Shown: one piece after another, positions 53,484 through 57,547 of the stretch
How positions within the stretch are numbered: the first letter of the stretch is position 1
Layout: each line of letters begins with the position of its first letter
Source: a virus
Virus record (IMG/VR): IMGVR_UViG_3300045988_027578
Length of the DNA: 57,547 bases
Reading direction: 5' to 3' (one strand)
Notes under the pieces: generated by a model
Database searches by the model: none
Told to the model about the DNA's origin: nothing
Seen by the model: only the letters and a program-made list of their open reading frames with translations
Position numbers and translations under genes: made by a program

Positions 53484-54140
53484 ATGGAAAATGCAATTAA
53501 TAACAACAATATCACATTAATAGGAGTAGTCGAGAAAGAAGCAGAATACTCACATGAAGTATTTGGCGAGGGATACTACATATTCATGATTAAGTGTTTA
53601 AGAACAAGTGGCAATGAAGATGTGTTACCAGTGATGATATCAGATAGACTTACTGATATCAGAGAAATCAAGGTGGGACAGGCTGTCGCGGTTTTAGGAC
53701 AGATAAGAAGCTTCAATAAGCATACTGACAATATGAAGAGCAAGCTGATTCTAACGGTTTTTGCAAGAGAATTTGAAGTAATGACACAGGATTCAGAAGA
53801 ATTACCATTTGAAGATAATACCAATATGGTTATACTTGACGCTTATATCTGTAAGCCACCTATATACAGATGTACTCCAAAGGGCAGAGAGATTGCAGAT
53901 ATCTTAGTAGCGGTAAACAGACCATATGGCAAGTCAGATTACATACCATGTATAGCATGGGGAAGAAATGCAAGATTTGTAGGCGGACTTGAAACAGGGG
54001 AACATATCCAGATCCAGGGTAGATTCCAGAGCAGGGAATACGCTAAGAAGATAAGCGACAATGAAGTTGAAACAAGAACTGCTTATGAAGTATCGGTAAG
54101 CAAGATTGATTATGCAGAGGAGGGCGAAGCTGATGTGTAG
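53484..54140 (+). CDS. tandem-OB-fold ssDNA-binding-like protein
   Basis: Two OB-like halves (ITLIGVVEKEAEYSH... and MVILDAYICKPPIYR...); acidic C-terminus. Confidence 0.55.
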   Translation: MENAINNNNITLIGVVEKEAEYSHEVFGEGYYIFMIKCLRTSGNEDVLPVMISDRLTDIREIKVGQAVAVLGQIRSFNKHTDNMKSKLILTVFAREFEVMTQDSEELPFEDNTNMVILDAYICKPPIYRCTPKGREIADILVAVNRPYGKSDYIPCIAWGRNARFVGGLETGEHIQIQGRFQSREYAKKISDNEVETRTAYEVSVSKIDYAEEGEADV

Positions 54141-54327
54141 TGATATTACAGTTTCAGAATTAGCTAGTATGGCAGCAGATAATGAAAAGCGTTGTCAAGT
54201 ATGGCATCCAGTTCAGGGTGTTATATTTGACGGCACGTTTGATGAACTTGACAGACGGCATTATCTTGCGGATAAGACGGTTGATAACTTCTCAATAGAA
54301 GATGATGTGTTCATTATGAATATATAA
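54133..54327 (+). CDS. hypothetical protein
   Basis: ATG 54133 after GAGGAGGG. Confidence 0.5.
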   Translation: MCSDITVSELASMAADNEKRCQVWHPVQGVIFDGTFDELDRRHYLADKTVDNFSIEDDVFIMNI

Positions 54328-54340
54328 ATAAGGAAAGGAT

Positions 54341-56275
54341 ATGTTTATGGAAAGAGCAATTTTAAAAAAGGTAGTACTTGAAAACTTTATGTGTTATGCA
54401 CACGCAGAATTTGACTTCTATGCCATTACAAAAATTGTGGCTAAGAATGGCAAGGGCAAGTCGACTATTGCAACGGCTTATCTGTGGTGCTTATTCAACT
54501 GCGATTATGAATTAAAGGATAATCCGGTTGTTAGACGAGAGGTTGATGGAAAATCCGTTGATGATATGGATACAAGTGTTGAACTTACACTTGATGTTGA
54601 CGGAAAGGAAATAACTATGAAGAAAGTACAGAAACGTACCTACAGCAAGGACGGCAGTTCATACAAAGATGATAACAAGTATTTTATCAATGATGTGCCT
54701 AAGACATTAAAGGACTTCAACGCATATCTTGATGTTGATATGAATGTGTTTAAGATGTGCAGTAATGTAAATGCTTTTCTTAATCAGAAACCGGCAGAAA
54801 TGAGAGAATACTTATTCGGGCTTGTAGGCGATGTTACAGACCTTGATATAGCTTCACAGAAAGCCGAATTAGCCGAGTTAGTTCCTTTACTTAATAAATA
54901 TACAGTTGAGGAATTATCTGCTATGAATAAGGCTACAAAGACCAAGATTACAAAGGATTTACCTATTCTTGACGGACAGATTAAGGAAAAAGAAAGAGAT
55001 ATTCAGATTAAGCAGGGCATTAATACATCTGACCTTGAATTGCAGAAGAACAGTATTAAAGAACAGATTGCTGATTGCGTGGCAAAACAGACTGATAACG
55101 ACAAGCTGTTAGCTGAATACGATAAGGCTAGTGCAGATATTCTTGATTTGAAATTCAAACAGGGAGATTTATCACGCAAGGCTAACGAGGAAAATATCAA
55201 GGTTAGGAGAGATATTGAGGATAAGATTGCCGACAAGAAGTTTCTTGTTAAACAGACAGAAAAGACTATTGCCGATACCGAAAGCCGTGTTGTCAGTTCA
55301 GAAAAGGTCATTGAGAATATTAAGGGTTGTTTACAGGTAGAGCGTGATAAGTGGAAAGAAGAAAATGAGCGTAAGTTTGATGATTCAAGTCTTATCTGTC
55401 CTTATTGCGGTAATGAATATAAGGAAGATAAGAAAGAACAGTTAAAGGCTGATTTTGCAAAGCATAAGGCTGATAACTTAAAGGCAATTACTGACAATGG
55501 CAATATGTACAAGGAAAGACTTGATAAGGAAAAAGCTACGCTTGAAAGTCTTAAAGCAGAGTTACCACAGCATAGAGAAAGTCTTGAAATGCTGAATACA
55601 GCCATTGCAGACCTTGAAAAACAGTTATCCGAACTTCCGCAGGAAATTGATGTGACATCTACAGAAGAGTACAAGGCACTTGAACAGCAGATAGCTGAAA
55701 AAGAACAGGCTATGCACAAGGCTAATGACATTTCAAGTGTCAAGGCTGAATTAAAGGCACAGGAAAATGATTTAAGGCAGCAGTTGTCAGAGTGTGAGCG
55801 AAAGATAGCTGAAAGTAACACAGAAAAAGACGAACAGCGACTTGAAGAATTAAGGGCAGAACAGCGTACACAGGAACAGAATAAGACTAATGCTGAAAAA
55901 ATCCTTGATTTGCTTGATGAACTGGACAAGGCAAAGAACGAAACATTGTCTGACCGCATTAACAGCCACTTCTCATTAGTTAAGTGGAAGTTGTTTGAAC
56001 TGAATAAGTCTGGCGGTTACAAGTCGGTTTGCATACCTACAGTTAACGGAAAATCAATTCTTACAACTATGAGCAACAAAGGCAACAGGATTTTAGGCAG
56101 AGTTGATATTTGCAATTCTATTCAGAAGATTAGCGGTATGTCAGTACCTATTATCTTAGACGATAGTGAGAGCCTTGACAGCACCAATCAGAAGAAAGTT
56201 GCTGAAATGGTTGATAGTCAGTTGATTATGCTGATTGTTGATGACAGTGAGAAGTTAGAGGTTGTGGAGGGATAA
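54341..56275 (+). CDS. Rad50/SbcC-like SMC ATPase with a zinc hook
   Basis: Walker A AKNGKGKST, long central coiled coil with CPYC at 55397-55408, C-terminal VPIILDDSESLD. Confidence 0.75.
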   Translation: MFMERAILKKVVLENFMCYAHAEFDFYAITKIVAKNGKGKSTIATAYLWCLFNCDYELKDNPVVRREVDGKSVDDMDTSVELTLDVDGKEITMKKVQKRTYSKDGSSYKDDNKYFINDVPKTLKDFNAYLDVDMNVFKMCSNVNAFLNQKPAEMREYLFGLVGDVTDLDIASQKAELAELVPLLNKYTVEELSAMNKATKTKITKDLPILDGQIKEKERDIQIKQGINTSDLELQKNSIKEQIADCVAKQTDNDKLLAEYDKASADILDLKFKQGDLSRKANEENIKVRRDIEDKIADKKFLVKQTEKTIADTESRVVSSEKVIENIKGCLQVERDKWKEENERKFDDSSLICPYCGNEYKEDKKEQLKADFAKHKADNLKAITDNGNMYKERLDKEKATLESLKAELPQHRESLEMLNTAIADLEKQLSELPQEIDVTSTEEYKALEQQIAEKEQAMHKANDISSVKAELKAQENDLRQQLSECERKIAESNTEKDEQRLEELRAEQRTQEQNKTNAEKILDLLDELDKAKNETLSDRINSHFSLVKWKLFELNKSGGYKSVCIPTVNGKSILTTMSNKGNRILGRVDICNSIQKISGMSVPIILDDSESLDSTNQKKVAEMVDSQLIMLIVDDSEKLEVVEG

Positions 56276-56276
56276 T

Positions 56277-56477
56277 ATGCAGGGCGAAGACACATATGTA
56301 CTTACAGTAAGCGATGAAGAAGCAGAAGTTATCAAACAGTTTGTATCAGCAATGGAGAGAGTTACTATTGGCGTAGATAATGATGATATTTGGGATATTA
56401 TGGAAACCATCGCAAACAAACGGACTTCTGGTAGCGTAACAGGCATAATGATTATGTATAAAGAAAGCGAGGAATAA
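56277..56477 (+). CDS. hypothetical acidic protein
   Basis: ATG 56277 after GGAGGG. Confidence 0.5.
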   Translation: MQGEDTYVLTVSDEEAEVIKQFVSAMERVTIGVDNDDIWDIMETIANKRTSGSVTGIMIMYKESEE

Positions 56478-56478
56478 T

Positions 56479-57003
56479 ATGAATGATAGATATATCGTAG
56501 AGCGTGAATTTGAACACGCAGGATATAAATGTGTCGTGGTATTTACACACATGGGACATAGATGCGGATATGTCGGGATTCCAAAGAATCATCCATTATA
56601 CGGAAAGGATTACAGCGATTACCTTGAAATCAAGAAAGCTGATGTCGGAGACAGAGAAGTAAGTGGGATTCTTCCTTTGCTTGGTGCTTGGCTGGATGAA
56701 GATGAAAGAATCCGCATTGAAGCATATTTTCAGTGTCACGGCGGCATTACATATGCAGGTGGTGGAGAACATTCAAGCTATCCAATCGAAAGTGATTTGT
56801 GGTGGTTCGGATTTGATTGCGGACACGCAGGAGATAAGTCGGATTTGGATTATGCGATACAGAAGTTTCCAAGCCGTAGAAAAGAGTATGAACTACAAAA
56901 AATGGTTGAAAGTAAATATCCGATTGATGATGTTATCCGCACCGAAGAATATGTTGCGGAAGAGTGTAAGAAGTTAGCAGAGCAGCTAAAAGAGTTTGAA
57001 TAG
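56479..57003 (+). CDS. His/Cys/Asp-rich protein (possible metal-dependent partner of the ATPase)
   Basis: HMGHRCGYVG...CHGGITYAGG...WWFGFDCGHAGD. Confidence 0.55.
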   Translation: MNDRYIVEREFEHAGYKCVVVFTHMGHRCGYVGIPKNHPLYGKDYSDYLEIKKADVGDREVSGILPLLGAWLDEDERIRIEAYFQCHGGITYAGGGEHSSYPIESDLWWFGFDCGHAGDKSDLDYAIQKFPSRRKEYELQKMVESKYPIDDVIRTEEYVAEECKKLAEQLKEFE

Positions 57004-57019
57004 AAAGCGAGGGATAATT

Positions 57020-57547
57020 ATGGCATACAAAGCGTTTAATCCAGATTTTACTTGCAGAGGCAAGCAGTACAAAGAAAACACAACATATGAAGAAAATGGA
57101 AATGAGATATGCGAAGCTGGTGTGATACATTATTGTGAAAATCCATTTGATGTACTGGACTATTACCCTCTTGTAAACGAGAATGGCGAGATTTCAGAAT
57201 TTGCAGAAGTTGAGCCGCTGGGAAAAGTTTTTAAAAGAGAAAACAAATGTGCAACTAATAAGCTTCGCATTAAAGCCAAGTTGGGCTTAAAAGGTTTTAT
57301 TAAGGCTTGTATAGATTTTACTCTGGAGAAAACGAAGATTGAGGAAATTGAAGATGGCATAGAAAATGACAATGGCAATAATTCCGCAAAGATAGGTTCA
57401 AGCGGAGATTACGCACAGATAGGTTCAAGCGGAAATTACGCAAAGATAGGTTCAAGCGGAAATTACGCAAAGATAGGTTCAAGCGGAGATTCCGCAAAGA
57501 TAGGTTCAAGCGGAGATTACGCAAAGATAGGTTCAAGCGGAAATTAC
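57020..57547 (+). CDS. 5' part of the repeat-protein gene (DUF7666-like N-domain, then nonapeptide repeats); continues at the window start
   Basis: RBS GAGGGA; MAYKAFNPDFTCRGKQYKENTTYEE..GVIHYCENPFDVLDYY. No stop before the contig end. Confidence 0.85.
   Translation, partial: MAYKAFNPDFTCRGKQYKENTTYEENGNEICEAGVIHYCENPFDVLDYYPLVNENGEISEFAEVEPLGKVFKRENKCATNKLRIKAKLGLKGFIKACIDFTLEKTKIEEIEDGIENDNGNNSAKIGSSGDYAQIGSSGNYAKIGSSGNYAKIGSSGDSAKIGSSGDYAKIGSSGNY
57386..57547 (+). repeat. six further 27-bp repeat units; the last four plus 5 nt duplicate window 1-113
   Basis: Unit types KDY, QNY, KNY, KDS, KDY, KNY. The suffix matches the units at 6-113. Confidence 0.95.

Noticed and set aside
57318-57536. 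Minus-strand ORF encoding NLSLRNLRL repeats.
   Set aside because: It is the antisense shadow of the coding tandem repeat. It has no RBS and is interrupted at the contig end.

Overview
The window looks like a complete, circularly closed dsDNA tailed-phage genome. Bases 1-113 are identical to 57435-57547, so the unique length is about 57.4 kb. The phage is temperate and siphovirus-like, with low GC and GGAGG-type RBSs. The host is probably a spore-forming Firmicute: the phage carries Spo0A-C-like and SleB-like genes, a GH25 lysin and a clostridial-type holin. Almost all genes are on the + strand.

Gene order:
- 50.3-51.1 kb: cI/cro-type switch.
- 51.8-57.5 kb, wrapping to 0-13 kb: early, recombination and replication genes. 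These are an antirepressor, a tandem-OB SSB, a Rad50/SbcC-like ATPase, a nonapeptide-repeat protein spanning the contig ends, RecT, an MBL hydrolase, HNH, SSB, GIY-YIG, a split C5-methyltransferase, a replisome organizer and a G39P-like loader.
- 13.0-14.5 kb: tyrosine integrase plus an attP-like region.
- 14.6-18.1 kb: accessory block of compositionally extreme proteins.
- 18.5-20.4 kb: a leftward cassette of small genes separated by terminators and tRNA-like minihelices.
- 20.4-21.5 kb: a second operator/HTH switch.
- 21.9 kb TerS, then MazG, DUF3310, tRNA-Gln, tRNA-Ser and tRNA-like RNAs.
- 24.7-28.4 kb: small Zn-ribbon and HNH genes.
- 28.5-49.8 kb: TerL, portal, scaffold, capsid, connector, holin, tail, tape measure, tail fibre and endolysin.

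Most interesting observations:
1. The tape-measure gene is interrupted by a 340-nt structured insert with group I intron boundaries.
2. A (CAGA)8 tract sits inside a split C5-methyltransferase that uses three reading frames.
3. Acceptor/T-arm-only tRNA minihelices lie between the leftward cassette genes.
4. A spore-surface-like accessory island lies next to the att site.

All homology calls come from motif recognition by eye. No database search or RNA folding program was run.
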